A stretch of 64,000 nucleotides of DNA from positions 141,864 through 205,863 of IMG/VR virus record IMGVR_UViG_3300002054_000021; one strand, 5' to 3'. This stretch comes from a virus (lineage: Duplodnaviria > Heunggongvirae > Uroviricota > Caudoviricetes). The position numbers and the translations under genes were made by a program. The notes under the pieces are model-generated. The model saw nothing but the letters and a program-made list of their open reading frames with translations. It did no database searches and had not been told where the DNA came from. Shown piece by piece: positions 8,863-18,327 of the stretch; the stretch's first letter is position 1, and each line of letters begins with the position of its first letter.

Positions 8863-9456
8863 ATGGGGATTGCAATGAGTGTATGTAGTGTAGACGGGTG
8901 CGACAAAAAAATCAAATGTAAAAAATTATGTAACAATCACTATATGATTGCTAGGCGTAATAATGGAAATCCAATCTCATCTAAAACCAAGCATGGCTTA
9001 CCGTCAAAGTATTTAGATGAACAATTAGCTATAGACACAGATGATTGTCAGGAGTGGCCATTCTCTTGCAATACTAATGGCGGTCATGGAAGAATAAGAA
9101 TCGATGGAAGTCCAGATTATGTTACAAGAGAGGCGCTAAGAAGAGTTGGAATCCTAACACCAGATAAAGAACATCTTATGGTTCTGCATCAGCCTCTAAT
9201 TTGCCATAATCCAAAATGTTTTAATCCAAAGCATCTAAGATTAGGAACATGTAAAGATAACCACGCAGACATGTTTATAGATGGGACTAGACGAAGAGGG
9301 AAGGCTCCTCGCTGGATCGCTGGATTAGAAAACAAGGAAGTTTTAATTATATCCAGTTTGATATGGCAAGGTTATTCTGAGAAGTTCCTTTCTGAAATAT
9401 TTGAGACCTCAGAAGATACAATACAATTTATAAAGAACGGCGCTACCTATTACTAA
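8863..9456 (+). mobile_element. HNH/His-Me finger homing endonuclease
   Basis: N-terminal CSVDGC...CNNHY; LHQPLICHNPKCFNPKHL. Confidence 0.85.
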
Positions 9457-9463
9457 TTTAATT

Positions 9464-9577
9464 TTCGCATCTTCAAACTTGAATGCGAGTCAATTTTTCG
9501 CATCTTGATTCACTTTGGGGAGCAAAATTTTCGCATCTTGATTCACAAACACGAGTCGTTTTCGCATCTTCATAGGT
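9464..9577 (+). repeat. TTCGCATCTT repeat cluster 3 (4 copies)
   Basis: Copies at 9464, 9497, 9530 and 9561 (31-33 bp period). Confidence 0.9.
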
Positions 9578-9925
9578 ATATATAGGTAAAAACTTACCCG
9601 CACATACGCCCACGAAATTTCATATGTTATAAAATAACATTTTATGAAAATAAACACATAATGTTATATTATCACATTACTGCGATTCATCATTTTTCAC
9701 ACATAAGATTATAGACCCTTAACGGATGTTAAGAATCAGAGTTAATCGGATTAACCTTAATCATAAATAAAGATTCGCGTCAAGGGGGAATCTAGATTAT
9801 CTTTATTTTTCTTATATACATTATATAGGGAAATTATTTTTTATTTTTTATGTTTTTTTTTGTTGACGTATTTATTTTTATGTGCAAAAAACAATCATCT
9901 TATAAATCAGGAAAGGAAAAATAAG

Positions 9926-10771
9926 ATGGGAATTATAATGAAACCGCTAGACGATATGAAATTTTTTGAAGTATCGCGCCAACCTGTTACGCTTGAAGGC
10001 ACAGACATTCTTGTCCCGCGCAAAAATGCGATAACAGTTAACGGAACGCCAACGGGCCACATGACAAGCGAAAAATACGCTATTCATCAACCTAAAAATA
10101 TTTACCGTTCTTTTCAGCGCGTATGCAAAAAGACTGGACTTGAAATTGACCGCAAGCGCTCTTTTTTAAATCCTTCAAATGGCGGCATGATTTTAAGCGC
10201 AAAATATAAAACCAAGATGTTCGACACTGGAAACAAGAAAGAACGTCATGATTTTAACGTGGTATTCTATACGGCGCATGATGGGAAATATAAGACGTTC
10301 TTAACTATTGACGTTTTACGCTTGCTTTGCATGAATCAAGCCCCTGCCCTATATCGCGGTAAAGACAATCATGTTATGAGTGAAAAGCACTATAAGAACG
10401 CGCTTAAGCTCTCCACACTTGAAAGCCGTTTAGAAGGGATTGAACAATCTGTTAATATGTATCAAGCTAGAATGGAAAATTTATGCGATGTTAAAATGAC
10501 ACTTGCGGATTTTAAAGAGTTCTATATTGCGCACTATAAGCTTGATAAAGAATCATCTCATTTTGACGGCAAAATGGAAACGCTTGAAGATGTCTATTAT
10601 GACGCCAAAGGGCAAAGCGAAATTGCCAACGATACCGCTTACAAGGCCTTTAACGTGATTACATACCTAAACACGCATAAGGTTAGTAACACCAATGGGC
10701 GGGAAGAAAACAAGCTTACAGTAAAAGCAAAAGACACTAGCAAGGTCTTACGTGAATTGTTGGCGGCATAG
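9926..10771 (+). CDS. DUF932-family protein
   Basis: TAHDG...RLLCMNQ and C-terminal AYKAFNVITYL pattern; ATG 9926 follows SD GAAAGGA. Confidence 0.7.
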   Translation: MGIIMKPLDDMKFFEVSRQPVTLEGTDILVPRKNAITVNGTPTGHMTSEKYAIHQPKNIYRSFQRVCKKTGLEIDRKRSFLNPSNGGMILSAKYKTKMFDTGNKKERHDFNVVFYTAHDGKYKTFLTIDVLRLLCMNQAPALYRGKDNHVMSEKHYKNALKLSTLESRLEGIEQSVNMYQARMENLCDVKMTLADFKEFYIAHYKLDKESSHFDGKMETLEDVYYDAKGQSEIANDTAYKAFNVITYLNTHKVSNTNGREENKLTVKAKDTSKVLRELLAA

Positions 10772-10792
10772 CCCGAATCACATAACCAAAGA

Positions 10793-10817
10793 AAGCGGGG
10801 TTAAGCCCCGTTTTTTT
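10793..10817 (+). terminator. rho-independent terminator
   Basis: CGGGG-TTAAG-CCCCG followed by T7. Confidence 0.85.
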
Positions 10818-10844
10818 ATGTCTGAAATTATTTTATTTTTCTTG

Positions 10845-10951
10845 TTGACTCGAATAAAAAACTATTTTAAAATGGTTATGGAGCCTTGAAAAAAGATCGA
10901 AATTTTCTACGAGCATCACCCAATTTTATCTGATTCGCCGTTCCGTGTCAA
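10845..10951. promoter_or_regulatory. convergent promoter pair
   Basis: + TTGACT-17-TAAAAT (10845-10873); - TTGACA-17-TAAAAT (10951-10923). Confidence 0.7.
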
Positions 10952-10994
10952 GCGAAAAGATTTTATTTTTTATCGTTTATTTTTATTTTTCTTA

Positions 10995-11023
10995 TTGACT
11001 TGTTAAGACTTACGCCTTAAAAG
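10995..11023 (+). promoter_or_regulatory. sigma70-like promoter lacking -7T
   Basis: TTGACT-17-TAAAAG followed by GGAATC. Confidence 0.6.
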
Positions 11024-11054
11024 GGAATCATCAAAAAAGGAAAGGTTTGATAAA

Positions 11055-11555
11055 ATGAATAAATCTAATATGCAAAAAATTGACGCCCTAATGAATGGCG
11101 GTAATGCGGGGGCCTTCGCAAGCCTTGTGACTGTGACTCGCGTCGGTATCTTAAAGCCATGCGGCAAAATCGTTAAAGGGACTCGCGCTCTTAAAGACGG
11201 TGAGAGAGAAGTCACTAAACGCGCCGAGTTTGTAACACAAAGCAAAACAAGCTATGTGAAGCGCGCCACGGCCAAAGATTCAAGCTTTGAATTATCGCCG
11301 CGCAGATGGGGCGAAAGAATCTCAAAGAACCTTGTTCAACATAATGGCGGGTTATATCTTGAAACTATCCATGACCCTGAAAACGGACTCGCAAAGCCAA
11401 AAGTCACATATTTTGTTGACGGTATCGAGACTCCCGCGTCTGATTTGGAATTGCCAAAAGCACGGCCAAGTAAAAGCGGAATCGAGGTGCGCACATTTAA
11501 AGGCGAATCAATCCGTCAAATCAAACTAGGCGGGGAAACTATAATCGCCGCGTAG
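11055..11555 (+). CDS. conserved phage hypothetical protein
   Basis: ORF with SD GAAAGG. Confidence 0.75.
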   Translation: MNKSNMQKIDALMNGGNAGAFASLVTVTRVGILKPCGKIVKGTRALKDGEREVTKRAEFVTQSKTSYVKRATAKDSSFELSPRRWGERISKNLVQHNGGLYLETIHDPENGLAKPKVTYFVDGIETPASDLELPKARPSKSGIEVRTFKGESIRQIKLGGETIIAA

Positions 11556-11562
11556 CTCTTAA

Positions 11563-11588
11563 GGGGAGTCGGCATAATTCGACTCCCA
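11563..11588 (+). terminator. terminator-like hairpin
   Basis: GGGGAGTCG/CGACTCCCC followed by ATAATTTTTT. Confidence 0.65.
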
Positions 11589-11701
11589 TAATTTTTTATA
11601 TAAGGAATAAATCCGATGGAAGATGGAAACGGATTCACCTCAAAATTTGCACTAGGCCTTGCAATGTTCTTTGCTATAGCCTTAGCGTTTGGCTCTTAAT
11701 C

Positions 11702-12076
11702 ATGGCTAAGGATATTTATCAAAAGTTGACTCATCATGAGCTAGTCAATGATTTGCGCTATGAGATTAAGCGCTCTAATGATGTTGCGCCAATGGCAAAT
11801 ATTAGCGCCGTTAATAAGCTCTTAGATGAAACGTATGACCGCTTAAGCTCTTACACGTCAAATCTAATGCTTGCTATATTAACAGGTTTAATTTTCGGAT
11901 GTGCAGTGGCGGCAATCGGAATCATGACTCAGCACAATTTAGACAAGTCAAAAATGGTTGATTGTGTCGAATATATAGAAGTCGATAACTTTTCAAGATG
12001 TGCCATTTTTAAATGGAAAGATATGAAGTATGCGACTCAGTATGCGGAAACATATCCTGATAAAGGAGTCGAGTAA
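11702..12076 (+). CDS. hypothetical membrane protein
   Basis: One hydrophobic segment (LMLAILTGLIFGCAVAAIGIM). Confidence 0.65.
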   Translation: MAKDIYQKLTHHELVNDLRYEIKRSNDVAPMANISAVNKLLDETYDRLSSYTSNLMLAILTGLIFGCAVAAIGIMTQHNLDKSKMVDCVEYIEVDNFSRCAIFKWKDMKYATQYAETYPDKGVE

Positions 12077-12280
12077 TGTCTATTTTTCAACATATCTATT
12101 GGTATATTATAGCAATGATAGAGTTTAGGAGTATGGTGACAACGAGCCACCCCGATGAATTTATGTTTACATATGACAAGGGACGTGATATGGCTCACAA
12201 GTTAACGCTTAGATATTTTGACAATGAATGAAAACAGTAAAAATAGACTAGCGGCTCTTTCCCCTTAACGCTAGTCGATT

Positions 12281-12310
12281 GCCTCGCCTGAAATATGGCG
12301 GGGCTTTTTT
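12281..12310 (+). terminator. rho-independent terminator
   Basis: GCCTCGCC/GGCGGGGC followed by T6. Confidence 0.8.
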
Positions 12311-12530
12311 GTTACTATATAACATAAATAAAATACGCGCAGGATTCGGCGGCATCCGAACCAGACTCCCGTATCGTGATTATTTTATTACATATATAAA
12401 AATTAGAGTCAACAGGAAAAATAAAATATATGGATTTATTTTAGGTAGTGACGCCTTAGTTAAATCAGGCTTTGGAAACCCATATGAATAAATCTCAAAA
12501 TTGGCGTTATAATTTTTTTTATTTTTCATG

Positions 12531-12639
12531 TTGACACGCCCCCGAAAATCGTGTTAATGTGGGGCGACGAATCAAATTACCCGCCGCCCCTAACCGTAGG
12601 CTCCGTGTCCATTTTAGCTGATTCGATTGCTACTGTCAA
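12531..12639. promoter_or_regulatory. convergent promoter pair
   Basis: + TTGACA at 12531; - TTGACA-17-TAAAAT (12639-12611); GGGGCG/CGCCCC hairpin between them. Confidence 0.65.
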
Positions 12640-12680
12640 GCATTAATTTTATTTTTTTATATATGTTTTTATTTTTATTA

Positions 12681-12709
12681 TTGACTCGTTAACTTTTAAT
12701 ATCTATAAA
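12681..12709 (+). promoter_or_regulatory. sigma70-like promoter lacking -7T
   Basis: TTGACT-17-TATAAA, GACTC overlap. Confidence 0.7.
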
Positions 12710-12741
12710 TAAATTATCGAAACAAATATGGAGATTCGATT

Positions 12742-12972
12742 ATGCCGTTAGACATTACAATTAGGCGCAATAAAGCTATATCTCAAGCCGTAGTGACTAA
12801 ATCACTAGCGCAAGAGGTTGTTAAGAGTAGAATAGAGAATCTTAAATTCAGAGGCATTGAAGGCGATTCTGGGATGGTCTTAGTTGCGCTTGATATTGCT
12901 ATGACGCAAAACAGAACTGCGTCAGGATGGTTTGGTCCTTATCAATTCCTCTTTACAGGACGAATAAAATAG
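12742..12972 (+). CDS. hypothetical protein
   Basis: ORF with SD GGAG. Confidence 0.65.
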   Translation: MPLDITIRRNKAISQAVVTKSLAQEVVKSRIENLKFRGIEGDSGMVLVALDIAMTQNRTASGWFGPYQFLFTGRIK

Positions 12973-12987
12973 TGTGTAATTGTATCT

Positions 12988-13545
12988 ATGTCAGATAATG
13001 TAAAAATATGTTCTATAAATAATTGCGAAAGACCCGTTCTGTGTAAGGGTTGGTGTGGCTTGCATTATGATAGGGATAGGAAGGGCATAGATATGAATAA
13101 ACCTATTCCTGCGCCATTTGGAGCGGGCTTTGACTTTATTGTAAGTCTCATATTTTACACTGGTGACGATTGCGTTAACTGGCCTTACAGTCAAGCTGAT
13201 GGATATGGAAAATTAAAATATAAAGGAAAGACATTTACGGCTAGTAGATTATTACTTCAGTTAATCTATGGTGAGGACGCAGTAAAGGGAATGGATTCTG
13301 CGCATTCATGTCACAACAGATTATGTTGCAATCCAAATCATTTAAGAATTGCTACTAGGAAATCTAATATGATGGACAAGCTAGCAGACGGGACAAATAT
13401 AGGCGGCAGAAAATTAACTGAAAGCGAAGCTATAAAGATTAAATATGACACTAGGATTCCGTATAGGGTTATCGCAGAAGATTACAATACAACAGTTTCA
13501 AATGTAAGTTCTATAAAACTTGGCAAATCATGGAAGTATATTTAA
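12988..13545 (+). mobile_element. HNH/His-Me finger homing endonuclease
   Basis: CSINNC...CGLHY; AHSCHNRLCCNPNHL; C-terminal HTH. Confidence 0.9.
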
Positions 13546-13679
13546 GGAGAATCAAATGAGTTATGATGAAAAAACTATGGCCATTTTAAAAGGTGGTGTT
13601 TGTCTAATGTTTGTAACATTTTGTTTTTCAGCATGGCAAGCCGTAGAATTATTAGAAAACATAAAAGGGATGTATTAAA

Positions 13680-13871
13680 ATGAGAGTTCAAATTAAATCA
13701 GGCCGCAAGGTTGAGTCCGCTACTGCCTCGCATGGAGAGAACGGGTTAATTATTATTAAAAGTAATAAAAGCGATATTCACACAAGCCTAGATTCGAAAG
13801 ACTTTAACAAGCGATTTATGCGCTACGGTAGCAAGGCCGTTTTTTACCCTAATCTTAAAAGGAGTCGTTAG
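13680..13871 (+). CDS. hypothetical protein
   Basis: ORF with SD AAAGGG. Confidence 0.55.
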   Translation: MRVQIKSGRKVESATASHGENGLIIIKSNKSDIHTSLDSKDFNKRFMRYGSKAVFYPNLKRSR

Positions 13872-14080
13872 TGGTAAAGCCAACAACAGAAGAGGGCAAA
13901 GTCTGGGTTAAGCATCCGCAATATGGAAAGCCTGTCTATAGAAAGAAGCGTAATATATATGCGGATAAGTACGCGCCGCAATGGCTTTATTTAGTTGACA
14001 AAAGAAATTAAATTTCGATCTTAACGAATCATTTACCTGTTTAGCCTATAAAGGCAATTCAACAAAACGAAAGAAAAACT

Positions 14081-14656
14081 ATGTTAAACAGATTTACAAT
14101 TTCAGCGTCTATCTTTGCGGCAGGCTTTGCGCTTATCGCGGCCCACGCGGAACCCGTTAACAAGCCAGTAAAGACCGAGTCAGATATTGCGACTCAACGT
14201 GTAGAAGCTAGACAGGCTTTGCAGTTGGCTCAAGATATCGAGCGGGAAAGGGTTAAACAGTTATCATGCCTTGCATATACATTATGGGGCGAAGCTCGGT
14301 CAGAAAGCCAGCTAGGTCAAGAGATGGTCGCAACGGTTATTCTTAATCGTGTGGACTCATCAAAATTTCCAGATACTATTTGCGGAGTCGTGCATCAAAG
14401 TAAGCAATTTTCAATGTATAATAAAGGTGATGTAAACGGTGGTAAAGCTCATAAAGCATTTACTAGCGCAAAGCCTTCAAATGAAGTTTTAATGGCCTTG
14501 CACGTCTCTAAGAAGGTTTTAAGAACTCCAAAAGTTAATCGCATACTTCCTAAATCTAGTCTTAATTATCATACTACATCTGTTAGCCCGAAGTGGAACA
14601 AAAACCTCAAAAAATATGCTTCGGTAGATTCACATATATTTTATACGCTACCTTGA
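14081..14656 (+). CDS. cell wall hydrolase, SleB/Hydrolase_2 family
   Basis: CLAYTLWGEARSE, VILNRV, FPDTICGVVHQSKQFS, NYHTTSVSPKW, HIFY; N-terminal signal peptide. Confidence 0.9.
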   Translation: MLNRFTISASIFAAGFALIAAHAEPVNKPVKTESDIATQRVEARQALQLAQDIERERVKQLSCLAYTLWGEARSESQLGQEMVATVILNRVDSSKFPDTICGVVHQSKQFSMYNKGDVNGGKAHKAFTSAKPSNEVLMALHVSKKVLRTPKVNRILPKSSLNYHTTSVSPKWNKNLKKYASVDSHIFYTLP

Positions 14657-14695
14657 CTTTTCCCTATCATATGGTATTATTCAACCATAACAATA

Positions 14696-15412
14696 ATGGG
14701 GCGTGGAATGACTTGCACAATAGAAGGATGTGACAGAAAGCATAAGGCAAGAGGTTATTGCGATATGCACTACAATAGATGGAGAAAGCATGGTGATGAC
14801 TTTGACAGGTCATTGCCTGCAACCTTTGACCAATGCAGTGTGGAGGGGTGCGACAACCCTCATTATGGTAATTCTTTTTGCTCACCTCACAATAAAAGAT
14901 TCAAGAAACATGGATGCCCTTTGCATGGAGGCCCATTAAAAAAGAAGGTTAAAGCAGGAACAGCGGATAAGTTTATAGATAGCTTAGGAGGTATAAAACA
15001 TAATGATTGCATTATATGGCCGTTCTATAAGAATCCTCAAGGACAGATGATACATAGAGTTGATGGGATTACAGTAACGGCAGGCAGGGTTATTTTAGAA
15101 CGTCATGTAGGGCCACCGCCAAGCCCTAATCATGCCGCATTACATAAGCCTATTGACTGTCATAATCAATCTTGTTGCAACCCAAATCATTTGCGATGGG
15201 GAACATATAAAGAGAATCAACTTGATATGATAAAAGATAAAACTGTTATTAGAGGAGAGGATTGTAAGTCTTCTAAACTTAAAGAAAATCAAGTTAGAGA
15301 GATAAGGGCAGACAATAGATATATAAAAGATATAGCAAATGATTACGGAGTTTCATTTTCACTTGTTAGTCAAATAAAAAGACGTGAGGCTTGGTCATGG
15401 TTAAAGGATTAG
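14696..15412 (+). mobile_element. HNH/His-Me finger homing endonuclease with tandem Zn-binding repeats
   Basis: Two C-x-x-EGC...C-x-x-H repeats; LHKPIDCHNQSCCNPNHL; HTH tail. Confidence 0.9.
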
Positions 15413-15589
15413 TTATGCAAGACCATAATAAAATACATATACAAAAAATGATTGCGTGGATTGGCGCGCTTTCATTTTCTGTTATGCTTTGGGGAATCAT
15501 TATAGAATTTATTTCATATATTTTATTTTTATGATTGACTCAATTAACCTGATAGTTCATAACAAGATAACAAAACGGGAAAGAAGAAA

Positions 15590-16114
15590 ATGAAAACGCT
15601 ATTAAAAACTTTATCAATCTGCGCTCTTGCTATTAGCGCAACAGCTTGCGGCGTTCAATCGGATGCAAAGAAAGAAGTTTCAAAAATTGTCCTAGACCCT
15701 ACGTCTTTAATTTGGGGCGATTCGGTGGTCATGCCCTATAAAGATGGTCAAAAAATTGTCTGCGGTCATTTCAATGCAAAGAACGCGCTAGGGGCCTATG
15801 TGGGCAATACGGCTTATATTTACATTGACGCAAAACCGCCTATTGTTGATATGCAAACGGCAGATAATTCAAGCCAGTTCTTAAAGGTTTGGAATAGCTC
15901 TTGCTTTGAACGTGACGAAAGCGGAGTCGGTCAAGTATATCGTGAGAGCTTAAATAATTATGAAAGCAAATTTCAGATATATGCAAATGATGACAATAAA
16001 AATAATGATTGTTTATATATTATGAGCGCTATTAGGTTAATCAATAAAGCGGACGGGAGTCTAAATCAATATATGACGATTTGGCAAGACCGCAAAGAAA
16101 AGTATTGCCGCTAA
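15590..16114 (+). CDS. putative lipoprotein
   Basis: Signal peptide with lipobox ATAC; VCGHFNAKNALGAYVG. Confidence 0.7.
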   Translation: MKTLLKTLSICALAISATACGVQSDAKKEVSKIVLDPTSLIWGDSVVMPYKDGQKIVCGHFNAKNALGAYVGNTAYIYIDAKPPIVDMQTADNSSQFLKVWNSSCFERDESGVGQVYRESLNNYESKFQIYANDDNKNNDCLYIMSAIRLINKADGSLNQYMTIWQDRKEKYCR

Positions 16115-16115
16115 T

Positions 16116-16355
16116 ATGTTTAAATCATTTGAAGTTGATAAAGTAGAGTCGGCCCTAATCAATGGAGTCTTTTCAGAGTTAATAAATATAAAGTTTGAAG
16201 ACCTTAGAGCCTTAAAGAATAAACCGCCTAACAAGGTCTCATTGCAAGCTTTGCGTGTCATGGTCAATCTTTTAGAGAAGACTGTAACGCCTGAAATTTT
16301 CGAGCACTTGATAAGCGAGAAAGATTTAGCTTTGATTGAGAGCTACGAAACATAA
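16116..16355 (+). CDS. hypothetical protein
   Basis: ORF track. Confidence 0.6.
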   Translation: MFKSFEVDKVESALINGVFSELINIKFEDLRALKNKPPNKVSLQALRVMVNLLEKTVTPEIFEHLISEKDLALIESYET

Positions 16356-16379
16356 ATTTAATATTCACTCCCCTAACTA

Positions 16380-16407
16380 GCCCGCCATAATCGCGGGCAT
16401 TTTTTTT
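16380..16407 (+). terminator. rho-independent terminator
   Basis: GCCCGC/GCGGGC followed by AT8. Confidence 0.8.
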
Positions 16408-16573
16408 GCATATATTTTATTTTTCTTGTTGACTCCATAAATTATTATGTCTATAAAATAATTGAGGATGGCGATAAGGCAAATGGTTTGGGAGTGCGGG
16501 GTGTATTTTAAATAAATATTGATTTATTTTTTATTTATGGTATAATATAACATATAAAATACGGGATATAATC

Positions 16574-17038
16574 ATGACTAAAATAAATTATTATGAAAGG
16601 ATTAAATACTTAGAATCTATAGATTTAAATTCTAATGAATGTATAGAATGGCCGTTTGCTCTAGATGGCAATGGGTATGGAATATTTTATTTCAAGAAGG
16701 AAAAGTTTAGAGCTAGTCGAGAATCTCTTATTATACATAAATGCAAAAGGCCTAGTGAAAATCATTATGCTTTGCACATCCCTGAAATATGTCATAACCC
16801 AAAATGCGTTAATCCAAATCATTTATACTGGGGAACAATATCTGACAATCATAAGGATATGGAATTTGACAACACAAGCGCAAAGGGCGAAAGACACCCT
16901 CAATCAATACTAACTGAAATTGATGTTTTGAAAATTAGAGAAGATTGCCGAAGCTACAGGATTATAGGCAATGATTATGGAGTTTCAAAAAGTTGTATAA
17001 GAGATATAAAAATAGGTAAAACTTGGTCTCATATCTGA
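16574..17038 (+). mobile_element. HNH/His-Me finger homing endonuclease
   Basis: CIEWPF; LHIPEICHNPKCVNPNHL; HTH tail. Confidence 0.9.
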
Positions 17039-17069
17039 TTTATATTTACTATTCAAATTTTTGGCTCGA

Positions 17070-17150
17070 TTCGCATCTTCATACTTTTATATACGCACAA
17101 ATTTCGCATCTTCACATGTATAGCCACGCGCGAGATTCGCATCTTCATAC
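17070..17150 (+). repeat. TTCGCATCTTCA repeat cluster 4 (3 copies)
   Basis: Copies at 17070, 17103 and 17136 (exact 33-bp period). Confidence 0.9.
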
Positions 17151-17178
17151 ATATACACGCATAGGAATATATACCTAT

Positions 17179-17226
17179 GTTCACCCCTTGTTCTAATTTC
17201 CTGCCCACGCGGAACAGAAACAGAAC
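17179..17226. promoter_or_regulatory. two alphaproteobacterial-type LexA (SOS) boxes
   Basis: GTTC-N7-GTTC at 17179-17193 and GAAC-N7-GAAC at 17212-17226. Confidence 0.45.
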
Positions 17227-17354
17227 GCGGCAAATGTTACAATATAACATAGCAAAGCCCATAGGAATTTATACCTATAAGAGAATCATAATTATTGCTC
17301 AAATCGTTTCATAGATTCATTAATAAATCTATAAGAAAATAATTTATTATTCGT

Positions 17355-17464
17355 TTGACTGAAATGTGGAATCGAGATTATAATGGACTGACGCCCCAAA
17401 GTGATTCTATAAATAAATTTCAAACATCAAACCATTATAGCATGATTCTCTATAGTTTTGTCAA
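17355..17464. promoter_or_regulatory. convergent promoter pair
   Basis: + TTGACT-18-TATAAT; - TTGACA with extended -10 TGCTATAAT (17464-17434). Confidence 0.6.
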
Positions 17465-17559
17465 ACGAATAATTTTTATTTTTTATGTATGAAATTAATT
17501 GACTGTTAACTAATAAGGCTTATAAGGGGATATAACTTAATGATTTGGGAGAATCAAAA

Positions 17560-17751
17560 ATGACTAACGAAATTGAACAAGTGATAATCGCACAGGAAAG
17601 CGCAAAAGGCGCAGCAAGTGCAACAAAGCGGATTAACGGCGAAAGATATGACCGCAACCCGCACAAGCCTAGCCAGTCTATATATTGGGCATGGCAGGGT
17701 GGCTTTAATCGCGTATGGGATAAACGTCCAGCGCATATGATTACGTGCTAG
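17560..17751 (+). CDS. hypothetical protein
   Basis: ATG 17560 after SD GGGAG. Confidence 0.6.
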   Translation: MTNEIEQVIIAQESAKGAASATKRINGERYDRNPHKPSQSIYWAWQGGFNRVWDKRPAHMITC

Positions 17752-17762
17752 GAGTCGGGATA

Positions 17763-18023
17763 ATGAAAAACTTGCAAACAATTTCACATCCGCAAAAGGG
17801 TTCAATCCAGTTTAATTATGGTTCGTTCAAGCTTTCCATGTTTATGGGTTTTAATAATCCTAATGAGTTAAGCCTTATTGAGTTTAGCATAATTGAGAAC
17901 GGAATCATTAGAAGTGATTCTATTAGTCATATATTCGCGCATGACGTGCCAGAGGTTTTGCATATGTTTAGCACGCAATCTCATAATGCGGACTCTGCTG
18001 TCAAAGCACTGAACGAATTTTAA
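17763..18023 (+). CDS. hypothetical protein
   Basis: ATG 17763 after AGGAG/GGGA. Confidence 0.6.
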   Translation: MKNLQTISHPQKGSIQFNYGSFKLSMFMGFNNPNELSLIEFSIIENGIIRSDSISHIFAHDVPEVLHMFSTQSHNADSAVKALNEF

Positions 18024-18035
18024 GGAGATACATTC

Positions 18036-18218
18036 ATGACTAAGAACGAAATTAAAAAGATTGCCCATGACCATGGATTTGGAATTAAAACCCTCCTGAG
18101 CGGTTCTGTGGTACTTACAGACGCATTAGGTGATGAGTCTGGATGGAACCCGATAAGAAGGTTGAACCATAATCAAGGTTACTGTAAATCAGATTTATTC
18201 TATGCACTCGGTTATTGA
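18036..18218 (+). CDS. hypothetical protein
   Basis: SD AAGGAG. Confidence 0.65.
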   Translation: MTKNEIKKIAHDHGFGIKTLLSGSVVLTDALGDESGWNPIRRLNHNQGYCKSDLFYALGY

Positions 18219-18327
18219 TATTTTTTTATTTTTATATGTAAAAATAACCCGATGTTATTGACTTGTTAACGAATCTAAATTATACAATAGGTAAGCAATC
18301 AAGCTTAACCGATTTGGGAGAATCAAA

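Noticed and set aside
9464-9577. Mini-CRISPR interpretation of the TTCGCATCTT clusters
   Set aside because: The total period of 31-33 bp leaves spacers too short, and the core repeat is only 10-17 bp and non-palindromic.
9719-9760. CtrA boxes (five TTAA half-sites)
   Set aside because: Spacings are 6, 9, 5 and 2 nt, and none is TTAA-N7-TTAA.
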